From NCBI RefSeq assembly GCF_004010195.1, contig NC_057719.1:40546201-40584603 (forward strand): a DNA stretch of 38,403 nucleotides, read 5' to 3'. Below are positions 1 to 12,070 of this stretch, piece after piece; the first letter of the stretch is position 1, and each line of letters begins with the position of its first letter. The notes beneath the pieces are model-generated. The model had not been told where the DNA came from, searched no databases, and was given only the letters and a program-made list of their open reading frames with translations. Origin of the DNA: Chiloscyllium plagiosum. Taxonomy: Eukaryota. The position numbers and the translations under genes are program-made.

Positions 1-880
1 CCTATTATTCTTACAGATAGCTGAGATCTCCTTACAAGTTTGTTTCTCAATTTCCCTCTGACTATTGGGGGGTCTATAATACAATCCCAATAAGGTTATC
101 ATCTCTTTCTTAGTTCCACCCAAATAACTTCCCTGGATGTATTTCCAGGAATATCCTCCCTCAGCACAGCTGTAATGCTATCCCTTATCAAAAAGGCCAC
201 TCCTCCTCCCCTCTTACCTCCGTTTCTATCCTTCCTGTAGCATTTGTATTCTGGAACATTAAGCTGCCAGTCCTGAGCCATGTTTCTGTGATTGCTATGA
301 TATCCCAGACCCATGATCCTAACCATGCCCTGAGTTCATCTGCCTTCCCTGTTAGGCCCCTTGCATTGAAATAAGTGCAGTTTAATTTATTAGTCCTACC
401 TTGTCCCTGCCTGCCCTGACTGTTTGACTCACTTCTGTTCTCAACTATACCAGTCTCAGATTGATCTCTGTCCTCTCTATCTCCCTGGGTTCTCCCCCCC
501 CCACCTTACTAGTTTAAATCCTCCCAAGCAGTTCTAGCAAATTTCCCTGCCAGTATATTAGTCCCCTTCCAATTTAGGTGCAATCCTTCCTTCTTGTATA
601 GGTCACTTCTACCCCAAAAGAGATTCCAATGATCCAAAAATGTGAATCCTTCTCCTGTACACCAGCTCCTCAGCCATGCATTCATCTGCTCTGTCCTCTT
701 ATTCCTGTTTTGACTAGCTTGTAGCATTGGGAATAATCCAGATATTACAACCCTTGAGGACCTCCTTTTAAAATTTCTGCCTAACTCTCTGTAATCTCCC
801 TTCAGAATCTCAACCTTTTCCCTTCCTATGTCGTTGGTTCCAATGTGGACAATGACCTCTTGCTGGCCCCTCCACCCCTG
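1..880 (-). mobile_element. CR1 LINE, 3' part of ORF1 (SGNH esterase domain) and start of ORF2 (AP endonuclease); runs off the left window edge
   Basis: ORF 509..907(-) reads EVIVHIGTNDIG...RVVISGL...NAWLRSWC..EGFTFLDHW..FWGRSDLYKKEGLHLN (CR1 ORF1 esterase). About 385-320(-) reads LNCTYFNARGLTGKADELRAW, and 99..326(-) reads YRKDRNGGKRGGGVAFLI...EVIWVEL (APE domain motifs). Confidence 0.93.
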
Positions 881-2038
881 TTCTGGGTAATCCAAGGTGG
901 AGGACACGAAAAATTTCTGGCTTTAAGAGCTGCTCCTTTTTTTTGAGTTATTTTAGGTGCTGGAGGTGATTTCCTCAAATTCCAGGAGCAGCAATTACTG
1001 TTTTATATGCTGTTGCATTGTTTTGGAACTTTGGAAAAAAAAGTCAAAACAACAGCAGTTTTAAAAGGGAGAAGAGCAGACAAAGGAAGCACATAGTGAG
1101 GACAGTGCAGGAGAGAGAGCGAGAGAGAGAACCTGCAGAGTTACTGCCTTTGCTGTTTTTGAATACATGTGTCGCTGGACATCGGAGTGCCTCTGGGAAA
1201 ATTAACAAACAGTGAATTTTGAAACTAATCTTGGAGGAACCGGTTTGGGCGAAGTTCACAACACAGAATCAGATAAGTTAATTGTTGTTTTAAGTCTGTC
1301 CAAGAGAAAGGCTATATTAGTGAGTACAGTGGGTTCTTTCTAGATTCTATGTTTTTGGAGTTGAGTCTCTTGATTAAACTTAAAATATAAGCCATAGCTC
1401 TTAATTTAATCTGGGGCATTTTTTTTTCGAGGAATAAGACGGTGTTATTTTCTGGGTCTGTAGATTGTGAAGGAGCAAAAATGGCCTTTGCAGTGAGATA
1501 AACATCTTGTCAGATGTGGGAGTTTAAAGAGAGTTTAAAGGTTACTGCGAATTATATCTGCCATAAATGCTGTTGGATGCGAATCTTATCAGACCGAGTG
1601 GATCGGTTGGAGAGACAGAAAGAAGCGATGAGGAATTTGCAACAGCAACAGTATGTGATGATGGCAGTTATAGGAAGGGGGGAAAGTCTCAGACACAGTC
1701 ACATGGATGGGATAACTCCGGGAAGGGTAAGAGAGATCGGCACCAAGGGCAGGAGTCTTTTGTGGATATACCCATTTCAAACAGGTATGCTGTTTTGGAA
1801 AATGTAGGGGATAATGGATTCTCAGGGGAACGCAGCACGAACAGCTAAGTTTCTGGTATTGAGACTGGCTCTAATGCAACGAGGGGTACGTCGGCTTCCA
1901 AGAGATCAATTGTGTTCGGGGATTCTGTAGTCCGAGATACAGGCAGATGTTTCTGTGGCCAGGAGAGAAAAAGCAGAATGGTGTGTTGTTTCCTGGTGCC
2001 AGGATCAATGATGTCTCAGAGAGGGTGCAGAATGTTCT
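881..2038 (+). mobile_element. CR1 LINE 5' UTR and N-terminal ORF1 (Cys-rich region, coiled coil, start of esterase), frameshifted and inverted relative to 1-880
   Basis: Reads SCQMWEF...YICHKCCWMRILSDRVDRLERQ (from ~1505), IPISNRYAVLE (~1770-1800) and VFGDSVVRDTGRCFCG...MVCCF (from 1912), ending at gatgtctcagagagggtgcagaatgttct (DVSERVQNV). Confidence 0.88.
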
Positions 2039-2338
2039 TTCTTTGGGTTGGTGATATCATTTCCTGTGGTGAAGTCAATTTCCTGTTCTTTTCTCAGGGG
2101 GTGGTAGATGGAAACACCACAGGAAATAACATCACCACAGGAATTGACACCACCAACCCAAAGAAATCCAAACATATAAATCGAAAGCAGGAGTTTTCAG
2201 CATTGCTTCGCATGAGGCCCACTGAAGATGTTACCTAGTAGGGTAACAAAAAACTTCTGGAAATGAACCTTTCAGCTCAGCGAGCAGACCTACATCTAAA
2301 ACCTCAACCTGAGCTACAAATCTTCTCAAAACTCGCTA
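2038..2338 (+). mobile_element. Penelope-like element end: short inverted segment plus pLTR with a decayed hammerhead core
   Basis: Inverted arms at 2038-2086 and 2119-2166. Minus strand ~2111-2085 reads ccatctaccacccc-ctgagaaaaga (PIYHPLR-like PLE ORF end). Core at ~2222-2260 is CTGAAGA-t-GTTACC-tagtag-GGTAAC-aaaa, with GAAA mutated. Confidence 0.7.
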
Positions 2339-2450
2339 AGCTGAGCAGGTCTGGTAGCATCTCTGAAGAGAAATCAGAGTTAGCGTTTTCAGGTCTGGTG
2401 TTCTGAGGAAGGGTCAAACCTGATCTTTTTCAGCACCTTCTGTTTTTGTT
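2339..2450. repeat. Short remnant of a palindromic PLE-derived repeat
   Basis: agcaggtctggtagcatctctgaagagaaatcagagtta matches 22957-22995; it is followed by ttctgaggaagggtca and ttctgtttttgtt, matching 24131-24232. Confidence 0.6.
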
Positions 2451-2649
2451 AACCTTCCTACCATCAATCTTGATCATCATCACTTCTATGCATACTGATT
2501 GTTAGAAAAATCCAGCCAGAACGGAAAATCACCATCTTATCAGTCCTTTGATGTGCCAATCATACAACATGTTAAATCTGATTGGCTGAGTGGAGCAGAA
2601 TCATACTTTTAAAAGTTAGGCTTAGATTTTAACTCCTGGAAACAACTTT

Positions 2650-2940
2650 GGAGCAGGAGGAGATTTGAGAGGGGTTTTCAAAATCATGAGCAGGCTGGAC
2701 AGGATAGATAGAGAGAAGCTGTTCCCATGCATAAAAGAGCGGGAGGGCATAGACTTAAAATGATGTGCAAACGAAGCAAGGATGATGTGATCCAAAATGT
2801 TCTTCATTCAGTGAGCAGTTAAGATATAAAATGCACTGCCTGGAAATGTGAAGGTTACGTAAATGATGTATTCAAGAGGGAATTGGATGATTATTTGGAA
2901 GGCAATTGTGTGCAAGAGTATGAGGAAAAGGCATGGGCTT
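2650..2940 (+). mobile_element. Old CR1 3'-end fragment
   Basis: ggagatttgagaggggttttcaaaatcatg...gacaggatagatagagagaagctgttccc (GDL..VFKIM..LDRIDREKLFP), homologous to 23731-23800. Confidence 0.75.
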
Positions 2941-3134
2941 TGAGTTTCCTGCATTATTCATTATTGATTGACAACGTAAAAAAGGAACTTCTTGAAATAG
3001 AAAACCTATTCATGATATTTGCAGTTACATGAAAACCTGAAGACCATGTAAGAGGTTTTGGTGACTTAAAGGAGAGAATCAAAGGAGGCTACATGGATTT
3101 TATGTTGAAAAGAACAAATTCATTCATACAGTCC

Positions 3135-3421
3135 AAATGCTGTTGGATGCGAATCTTATCAGATCGAGTGGATCGGTTGGAGAGACAGAAGGAAACGATG
3201 AGGAATTTGCAACAGCAACAGTATGTGATGGATGGCAGTTATAGGAAGGGGGGGAAAAGTCTCAGATACAGGCACATAGATGGGTTAACTCTAGGAAGGG
3301 TAAGAGAGATCGGTACCAAGGGCAGGCGTCTTTTGTGGATATACCCATTTCAAATAGTCATGCTGTTTTGGAAAATGTAGGGGATGATGGATTCTCAGTG
3401 GAACATAGCACAAACAGCCAA
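3135..3421 (+). repeat. Isolated CR1 ORF1 fragment, direct repeat of 1565-1848
   Basis: Colinear with 1565-1848 at roughly 90% identity by eye (aaatgctgttggatgcgaatcttatcaga...aacagc). Confidence 0.92.
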
Positions 3422-4063
3422 CAGCATTCCCTAGCATTTAAAAGTTCACGTTTCTGCAGAGTGGATGTGTCAAAACAAAGGGATGACTAACATCATGCAT
3501 AATACAAGCAACAAATGCAGACCATGCCATATATCTTCCAGTCAGTTTTGCTGCTGTGTGAATTTCTACTGCCTGCAAACATTTCTGTGATGAGATGTTT
3601 TTTGCACACTTTTAGCCCAGACACTCAATCCTGGTGCCAGCAGAGAGGTCAGTGTTGCTCTTTTTGCAAAAGGCTGGACACAAGAGGCAGAGCGGTCATA
3701 CCCATTTTTAACATTAGCTACTGTGAACACTTTTTTTTAAAGATTTTAAATCATGTGCTGGATGGGTGAGTGTGAAGATAGGTGAGTGGATGAGCGGGTA
3801 TGTGAATAAATGAGCAGTTCAGTCAGGTCAGGAGAGTAATTGTGAGAGGATTGGATTGTGGTGGGATGATGGGGCTAACAGTTGAGTTGTGTAGCTCGTG
3901 CTGGGAGAGAGATTCAGGTCAGGTCAAGTTTGGAATTAATTCGGTTAGAATGAGGGATGGTTGGTGTTGGGAGAGTGAGGTGGGGTCAGGTTCAAAAGGT
4001 TGTAGGGAAATTGGGTCAGGTATGGGAGTGTAGTTGTTTCAGGTTGGTAGAGAATTAGTTATA

Positions 4064-4505
4064 AGACCATTGAGCAATAAGATGTTTGAGCAGAAGTAGG
4101 CCTTTTGGCCCATCATGTCTGCCTTACCATTCAGTGAGATCATGGATAATCCCGTAATCCTCAACTCCACTTTCCTGCCTCTTCTCCATAAGTCTTCACT
4201 TACGCAATGAGTAGGAATCTGTCTCTTTCAGCCTTGGATACAATTAACAACGTAATCTTTACAGCCCTCTATGGTTAAGAATTCCACAGATTTGCTGCCC
4301 TTTGAGGGGAAAGCACGTCTTAAATTGGTAACCCTTATTGGAGATTATGGCTTTTAGTCCCAAACTATTACACAAAGAGACACAACATTTTCACATCTAC
4401 CCAGCCAGCCCCCTAATAATCTCATTTGTTTTAATATGGTCACCTCACATTCATCTTAATCCAAAGAGTAGGAGCTGAACATACTCAGACTCTCCTCTCC
4501 ATAAC
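4064..4505 (-). mobile_element. Old CR1 3'-end fragment
   Basis: gagcagaagtaggccttttggcccatc...gaattccacagattt...tcatcttaatccaaagagta is the reverse complement of the CR1 3' UTR and ORF2 tail seen at 23700-24100. Confidence 0.75.
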
Positions 4506-5860
4506 CATGATTAACTCCGTGTGGGATATTTGATGTGTATTTTTGTTCTTGGGCGTAAGTGATGATCTGATACAACAGATAGAGGAAAATGAATCAGAAG
4601 AAATTTGTGAAAAACAGAACTCACCAAATTTTAATCTGTGTAAATGTATGGATGGAAATTGATTGGGCTTTGTCAAACATTACTGCCCTACTCAGGTTTT
4701 TTTTATTATTGTGCTCACAGGTACCTTTGCATTTGAGTACAGGTATTGCCTGCTATCTGAATGTCGAGCATTCCTATGAAACCTTTCTTAAGCCAAAATG
4801 GCATAAAGCGAGAAAGCATTAGTTTATATGGGAAACATTTTGCTTCTTTCATTAAAAGCAAAAACCCTCTTCAGTTTTCTTTTGGTTAGCGAAACGCAGG
4901 TACTAATGTAGGTCTTTCATAAAAGCGAATTGGTGTAAAACAAACTTTCGAAAAGCGGGAGGGAAATTTGCTGTTTGTTTTTGTGTAAATTTACATGTCA
5001 AACAATTTTGGCTAGAATTTGCTGGAGCAGAGCATCTCGTGTCTTTTGTTTGGGCTCGTTCCTGCGTGATTCAGCTGAAAATATTTTAATATTTAAGTTG
5101 ATGGAATTGTGAGCTAATAACAATATGAAGTTGGCATTTGAGGCCTTGGGAAACAACAGGACTAATAAGTATCGATCTCACTAATGAAATTTAAGGATTG
5201 AAAAATAAGCATTGCTTAGATGGTGAATTAAAACTGATGAATTTAACGTCAAACCAGGTAAGAAAATAAAAGTAAAGGAAGGTTGAATTAGTGAAGAGAA
5301 AAAAGATTCAGATGCTTAATTTAACAAATTTGCAATCATCATCACATACTACTTGAAGAAATGTGACTCCACACTTTTAATTATTCACTTTTCAGTCCAA
5401 CATGGTTAAGTAGCAGTAATTAGCAATTACTATTTCACCAAACGGCTGCATAGGTTATTTATTATATTTGCTTTTCTGTTATGAGTTTAAAGAGCAAATA
5501 CAGCAACTTCATGAAATTCATAGGTAGCTTAAGGGTGAGGTGCAGTATTTAAAAAGTTAGGAATAGCAGAAATTGCTAGCAGTTGTGCAATTCATACCTT
5601 CAAGAGTATCACTTCCTCATTATAAATTGCTGGGCAATTTGCATATTAATGACTGCAATCCTCATTCATGTGCTGCAACCTTTTTTTAGCAAATTTTCAT
5701 CAGATATTTTTCTCCAGGTTTAACTGTTAATTACTTGATATTTACATAATTGTATTGACAATTCCTTTAACATGTTGAATTTTTTTTTATCGTGATTGTT
5801 ACAAAGTCACAATTGTACAAGGTAAACATTCAACCAATGGGCTATATTTGCTTTTCCCAG

Positions 5861-5980
5861 ATGCTGTCTGAAAACCTGAGAGGAGAAATGAGTGTAGCCC
5901 TTGGGGAGGCTAAGATTTCCCTTCGGGATAGTCGATTTATTCAAGCTATTGCCAGATCTCTCAGTGTCAGCTGCAAAGAG
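5861..5980 (+). CDS. ASPG: ASPG internal exon (end of asparaginase domain/linker)
   Basis: ttttcccAG|...GAG|GTagat; 120 nt, phase 0-0; MLSENLRGEMSVALGEAKISLRDSRFIQAIARSLSVSCKE. The (D/N)LRGEM motif is typical of ASPG. The ATG is internal, not a start codon. Confidence 0.93.
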
Positions 5981-6255
5981 GTAGATTTTATAGTCCTGTT
6001 GCTGTAACATGCCATAGTTATAAAACTGACTTTGTTATTTTACGTTCTGACACATTTTTAAAAAGTGTTTTAAAAATTGCATTGTTCAAATCAGAAGCTT
6101 AAAGGAATGTGAAATAGAGTTAGTTCATGTGAGTATTAATATATTGCGTGCTTTGTAAAATTTGCTTTGTAAAACATTTACTGTTTGAAATGTATATTTA
6201 ATAAAAGAATATTGAATGATTTTATACTCCATAATTTTTCCTTTTAAAACAATAG

Positions 6256-6351
6256 GAACTGGAGGCTATCCGAGATGCTCTAACACCTTCGTTGGCATGT
6301 GCTGCAGCAAAGTCTGGTGATATTGATGCATTGGAAGCTATACTGGATATG
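6256..6351 (+). CDS. ASPG: ASPG internal exon (start of ankyrin region)
   Basis: aatAG|...ATG|GTaaaa; 96 nt; ELEAIRDALTPSLACAAAKSGDIDALEAILDM, matching mammalian ASPG as I recall it (ALRNALVPSLACAAAHAGDVEAL). Confidence 0.95.
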
Positions 6352-8695
6352 GTAAAAAAAATAGAAAAATAAAAACTATAACAAAACCTGCAAGATGGAA
6401 AGCAATGCACACAGTGTTGAAAACATTTAATAGATCAAATAACTTCTGTGGAAAAAATATGAGGTGACAATTGGAGCATGAAACCTTTACGAAAATTGTT
6501 TTGATAAAGTTTCTATTCCTAAAATGTTAACTCTTGTTTTTTCCAGAGATACTGTTTGACCCACTGAATGTCTCCAGCATTTTTTGATTTTGTTTTAAAG
6601 AATAGAAACATCACCTTAGGCAGTTTTGCAATTCCCAAATTTTCAGATTTTGCACTTCAGATCTCCAAGACTCAGAACAATTTATAGAAAGAAACTCGCT
6701 GTTTGATCAACCAGTCAGTGTCATTGCTAATCTTCTACACTAGCAGTAAGGTGAATAGCGTGTTTATGTATTGCTTTTCCATGTTGATGTATAGGTTTCT
6801 GTGTTTAAAATAGCCTTAGAAATTGAGGTTGATAGTTCAGGAATTGTGTGTCATTTGCAAGAGTTTTAATACTAACCCTCCAATGTCTTTCTCTTTCACT
6901 TGCTCTTGGAAATATGTTCTGCATCACCAATAAACATGCAGAGTGTTGTGGGTGATACTGACACTGCAATTAAAAAAAAAATCAGTTATTATCAGTCAAC
7001 AATTATGAAATAACAAGTGATCAAAAAGGTACATTAATAAACAACCTTTTATTTTACATGGGCCCCGATTCCAGTTCAAAGAATTGGTTTCAGTGCTTGT
7101 GTTTAAGAGGACTAATGTGTTTGCATTCCTGATTACTCTTTTGTGACATTTTCTGGGAAATACATGTTGTAGATGTTGGATGAAAGTGTTGTCAAGTTGT
7201 TACTCTTTCCAGCATTGTGATTCTTACTGTGTAGGTTCAGACATTAGGATGTTACCAGAAAATGCTTCTAAAATTGTGCCATGGTATGATTCCTGAAGAG
7301 AAGGAACAGAAAAAAATTGCTCTTGTAAGGGAGTGGACATCTAGCCAGAGCTGTCAGTGAGAATGAATGAAGTTGAAATGCCTAGTTTGACCTAAAACAT
7401 CGATTAAGAGTCCAATCAGTGGAGATGAGCACAGACAGTTTTAGCTTGAGTTGAAGATGTGGCTTCAGTCTTTCTAGTGGTCAGGAAAATATAGTTCATC
7501 CAAAACTTGAGGTAACCATGAATAAAAAAAAATTTGATTCATCTTGCCTTTTCCTTCCACCAATGATTTACGGTCTGCTCAATCAGGTCATCATCTTTTC
7601 TTACCTCCTTCGAGGAAAAGTCTACATAAACTCATTCTCATAATTGAAGGCATTCCACAAAACTATTGAATCTTTCTTTGTTGTCATATCCTCATTTAAC
7701 TCCGGTCTGTTGTTCCCAAGTCATCATTTGTTCCTGACCCAAACACAGTAGATTATGTTCTACCATGAAGTTTGTACTTAAGTAATACCCATCACTATAA
7801 TATGTATGCCTCTTCTCAGCTCAGTATTTATACAGTTGTTAAATGAGTCAAAAAACACAAATCAGGTTTTGTCTAGACTCTTGCAATATTTATAAAGTTA
7901 CTTTAGAATAAAATTAATTCTGATCTCATTCTCACCCAAAAATAAACCATACTAAAATAATATTGTCTTCAAGTGCATAGCAGATGCGCAAGTGTCTGAA
8001 AGATAAAGATGCCTTCTGCTTGAGTACCATCCATTATTAACCAACCCTTTTTTCCTTAAAATTCAGTTAAAGGGTATTTTCTGCTTATGTTGCTATTATT
8101 GCAGATTTACATTTTTTTTTTTAACATCTGTTTCTGATCCTATTCTTTCGTCTTCTACCAAAGGCATACTGAGTTGCAGATGGTTTTTATGTGTGGGTTA
8201 TACAATAAGTACCAACAGACTGTTGGGCATTGAATGCATCACAGGCTCAATTTTATGCTTACTGGAGTTCTACAAAAACACACTAACCTGTAGGAATTGT
8301 GTAGTATCAATCAAACAGCGGTTTAGTTGAAGTATGTTGGGAGGAGGTTTGTGTGAAGTATAAATAGCAACTATTTGGTGTAAATGGCCAGATTCACTGT
8401 TTTAAATATTATTTAATTCTTGATGCATATCTGACTCTTCAACTGAGGAGCAATGAGGTTATATTCTGTATTCCAGTAGATTCATGGTATGAGATCAATC
8501 GGGGAATTGATCTACAGACCTCTGGTTAATATAGCTCATTACACCATGATTGTTGTTAACACATTGTTACTTTTTTGTTCCTAACTATTTAAAATTGCCA
8601 TTGTAACATAAGATTTAAAAGAAGACAGATTTTAAAAGGGTAATTTACTTTTTGGTTTCACCCCTCTGATTATTTCAAAACACTATGCTTTTCAG

Positions 8696-8859
8696 GGTGG
8701 GAACCTGTGCAGTGAGGACTATGATGGACGAACCCCACTACATATAGCAGCTTGTGAAGGACATCTAGAAGTTGTTCAGTATCTGCTGAGTCGTGGAGCC
8801 ACTGTTTATGCCAAAGATCGATACGGTGATACACCACTCAAGAATGCAGTAAGATTCAG
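8696..8859 (+). CDS. ASPG: ASPG internal exon (ankyrin repeats)
   Basis: ttttcAG|...CAG|GTgcgc; 164 nt, phase 0-2; GGNLCSEDYDGRTPLHIAACEGHLEVVQYLLSRGATVYAKDRYGDTPLKNAVRF(R), a canonical GxTPLHxAA ankyrin repeat. Confidence 0.96.
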
Positions 8860-9527
8860 GTGCGCAAAAGTATTTTTAGAATACAAGACAATTTGCTTTG
8901 TGTTGCAGCCTTTGAAATATAATTTGTGTGGTAGAAATTTGTGATTGGATTTTTTTCATATGTTGTGAGAATCAAGCGACCCAAGAGGTCAGGTAAAGAT
9001 TTTTTGTTCTCAGTAAAAGGAGAGTACTTTGTACTGCCTTCAACATCCTTCATTTCAATCCAAACTGATCTTTCAGTGTAGACCAACACCAGTCTTCATC
9101 AAGTGTAGGACCCCATCTCTTGAAAGTGTATTTGTCTTTATAATTGCTCAGCTCGATTACTCCAGTGCAGCTGTAGGATGACTGCTGTGGTGGGCTGTCT
9201 TTTGACAATAGCAATCCCACAAAAATCTTTTTGTGCACTGTATTAAAGCCCAACTCAGCTTTGCAAGAACTTTGAAAATTACTCTTCATGGGCTTTCACA
9301 AAAGGTTTGAAGAATTTAAACTTAACAAGATGTCTTGTACAGACACTAACTGTAACAACTGCATAAAACCTTTTCTGCGGGAGGTCCACTGAATGTATAA
9401 ACTGACTATTCTCAGTTGGACATGCCTTCATTGTTAAGAGAGATTTCCTCTTAAAGGGGTAGATATCCAAAGTGGCAGTTCAAGTGATTTGGACGAATGC
9501 TGTTGCAAAGTTTGTGCAAGTGCTCTG

Positions 9528-9738
9528 TGGGGTCAGTTAGCTCAGTTGGTTGGACAGCTAAGTGACCTCAACAGTGTGTGTTTAATTCCTATACCGGCTG
9601 AGGTACCCTGAAGAGGACTCTCCTCCTCAAATTCTCCCCTCGCCTAAGATGTTGTGACCCTCAGGCTAAGCCATCACCAATTGTTTCCCTAATGAGAGAG
9701 AGCCCTATGATATGGCAATGCTATGGCGACTTTACATT
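9528..9738 (+). mobile_element. tRNA-derived SINE (family unnamed)
   Basis: A-box-like tagctcagttgg and B-box-like gtttaattcc. A reverse-complement copy lies at 21347-21558, sharing ctaatgagag and the ctatggcgactttac / gtaaaatcaacgtag end. Confidence 0.7.
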
Positions 9739-10727
9739 TTACCTAGAAGTACTGTAGAGTGTTTTTGGAGGTGTTGCACTGGCTCAATGAGTTTGATATG
9801 GAGTATTTTGCATCTTGACAAGACCATGGAGGATTTGGCAGCCTGTGCACACAAACCTTGCAGCAGATATTGGGACGATAGTTTGAGTGCCTGGTCAGTT
9901 GCAAAATAGGGAGAGCAATGAGTAGAGCAAATTCCCTGCATGGCAGTAATAGGAGATTTGGGATTTTTTTTTCTTAGATGCATCTGTGAACTACAATACA
10001 AATTCCATTTCCCTTTGGTTGGCATACTGCTACTGCTTCACAATTTCCCACTTGCCCCTCTGCAGCATCATATCATCGTAAGGTTGCTGTCTTCCTTCAG
10101 TATAAATTGCAATTGGTTGTGCAGAATGCTCTCAATCAACTCTGGATCTTTAGACCCTGCTCAGATTTTGAGTCAGTGGCAATAAGTCACATAGGAGGCA
10201 GCAGCAGCAGTGTGGGCCAGCTGGCTGAGAGACAGTAGCCCAGGCCTGGCCAATGGGAACCAAATGGTACCTCCCTGAGTAAGGACATCAGGTTTGAGCT
10301 CCACAAAACTACTGCCACTCCCTGAGGGCAGTACTCCAGCAAACCAAGCATTCTGTTGGAGGATTGAATACTGGACTGTGGTGTTGTGTGTCTGTACGAA
10401 CACTCAGGATTGCAACAATGCGAGCCTGCGAAGCAGTGAGCTGGATTTCACCGTCATTCCTGAGTAAAACTGGAACCCAGAGCCTTACTGATCAGAGCAA
10501 TACTTGGAAATGAGCGGTGATCATTTTGGGGCTGAATTTTGAATTAGATAAAATGAATCCGGCCAACATATACCATTCATATGTTTTACTGTTTTTTGCT
10601 TCAGGACTCTTTCTTCTGGCTGTAAAGTTACGATTTTTGAAGAGACTGATGACTCATAAAATTCCAGTTACTAGCTATTTTCTTAAATAACTTAGACTTT
10701 TAATCTACTCTCCAAAAAAAACTAATT

Positions 10728-10940
10728 GAAAGCAAAATACTGTGGTTGGTGGAAATCTAAAATAAAACAGAAAATATTGGAGAAACACTTGAGGTCTGGC
10801 AGCATCTGCAGAGAGAGAAAAACACATGAACATGCGGAGAATAGAGAGATATGGACCAGGCAGTTTAGAACGGCATTGTGATGGGCAGACACTTTATGGG
10901 CCAAAAGGCCAGTTCCTGTGTTATACTGTTCTATCTTCTA
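10728..10940. repeat. PLE-derived half repeat (10728-10822) followed by a CR1-type 3' tail (10823-10940, +)
   Basis: aaaacagaaaatattggagaaacacttgaggtctggcagcatctgcagagagag matches 22932-22985; then atgggccaaaaggccagttcctgtgttatactgttctat. Confidence 0.6.
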
Positions 10941-11754
10941 TCAGTACTGAGAATGGAGAGGTAGAAAGTGAAGAACAGGAGGAACATTTGTTGTTCTTGA
11001 AGGAGCGAGGGCATAATTGGGAGAAATGAGTTGGGCACTATACTAGCATCCCCCTTTGCCAGACTGAGCTTGTTCACACTTTGAACAATTCCTCTTTTAA
11101 CTTGTCTCACTTTCTCCAAGCCAAACATATGATTTGGGCACCCGCAGTCCGTGGAGCATGTCCTGAAATGTTGGTGCTTGCTTTCCAACAGGAAGTTATT
11201 TGGAACAGCAGTGATCTGAATCCATCATATGTTTGCATTGTTTTCCTTGTGGAGTTTTCCCAATGTCTAGATTACTTGTCAAGTTTAGGAGTTATTTATT
11301 TTAATCTATCCTTTCAGAAGTGTTATGATGCACCTCTGGGGCAGGTGGAATTTGAACCTGCACTTTCTGTACCAGAGAGATGGATGGTACACTTTGTCAC
11401 AAGAGCCCTGGTGAGTTTGGTAAGATGGAAGTCTGAATATTTATGAGGGGAGTTGTGGCGTTTGGCTAGCAATAGTGACTGTTAGATTGTTGCTCACCAC
11501 TGCTGAATGGGAATCTCTCAGAAATGCTGGTGAAAACCATAAACATTGAAACGAGATGATCTTGACATCAAGTTGAACCATTTGACATTTACTGAACAAT
11601 TCTGCCACATATCTCAATATAGCCATGTCCTTCAAAGCCCTATAAGATTCCACCCACAGCCTGTCCATTGTTAGTACACAATCTACACTTTTTCCCCACC
11701 AAAACAATCTGGGTCCCTTTAATCTGTTAACAGTCGAACAAACTAGCACTCACA

Positions 11755-12070
11755 TTAGATTAGATTCCCTATTGTATGGAAACAGGCCCTTTGACCCAAC
11801 AAGTCCACACCAACCCTCTGAACAGTAACCCACCCAGACCCATTTCCCTCTGACTAATGCACCTGACACTATGGGCAACTTAGCATGGCCAATTCATCTG
11901 ACCTGCACATCTTTGGACTGTGGAAGGAGATCGGAGCACCCGAGGGAAACCCATGCAGGTATAGAGAGAATGTGCAAACTCCACACAGACAGTCACCCAA
12001 GGCTGGAATCAAACCTGGGTCCCTGGCGCTGTGAGGCAGCAGTGCTAACCATTGAGCCACCATACTGCCC
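11755..12070 (-). mobile_element. HE1-type V-SINE, full length
   Basis: Minus strand reads gggcagtatggtggctcaatggttagcactgctgcctcac (A box), caggtttgattcc (B box), the V-domain tgtgtggagtttgcacattctc, and an (aatct)n tail. Confidence 0.92.

Noticed and set aside
509..907. SGNH hydrolase ORF as a cellular lipase linked to ASPG
   Set aside because: It is CR1 ORF1 esterase, directly followed by the ORF2 endonuclease motifs.
3762..4050. G/T-rich strand-biased tract as a regulatory or G-quadruplex element
   Set aside because: Low-complexity decayed repeat without regular G-runs; nothing supports a function.
5792..6007. ORF-track ORFs overlapping exons (also 16454-16699) as standalone genes
   Set aside because: Only the splice-bounded parts match ASPG; the extensions are intronic.
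6365..6600. Very old palindromic PLE-derived repeat just after an exon
   Set aside because: Resembles 22928-23026 and 24131-24232 only loosely; boundaries and TSD are not definable.
11990..12070. tRNA gene (also 9528-9600 and 15128-15195)
   Set aside because: The A/B boxes are SINE heads followed by SINE bodies and tails; I see no full cloverleaf or terminator.
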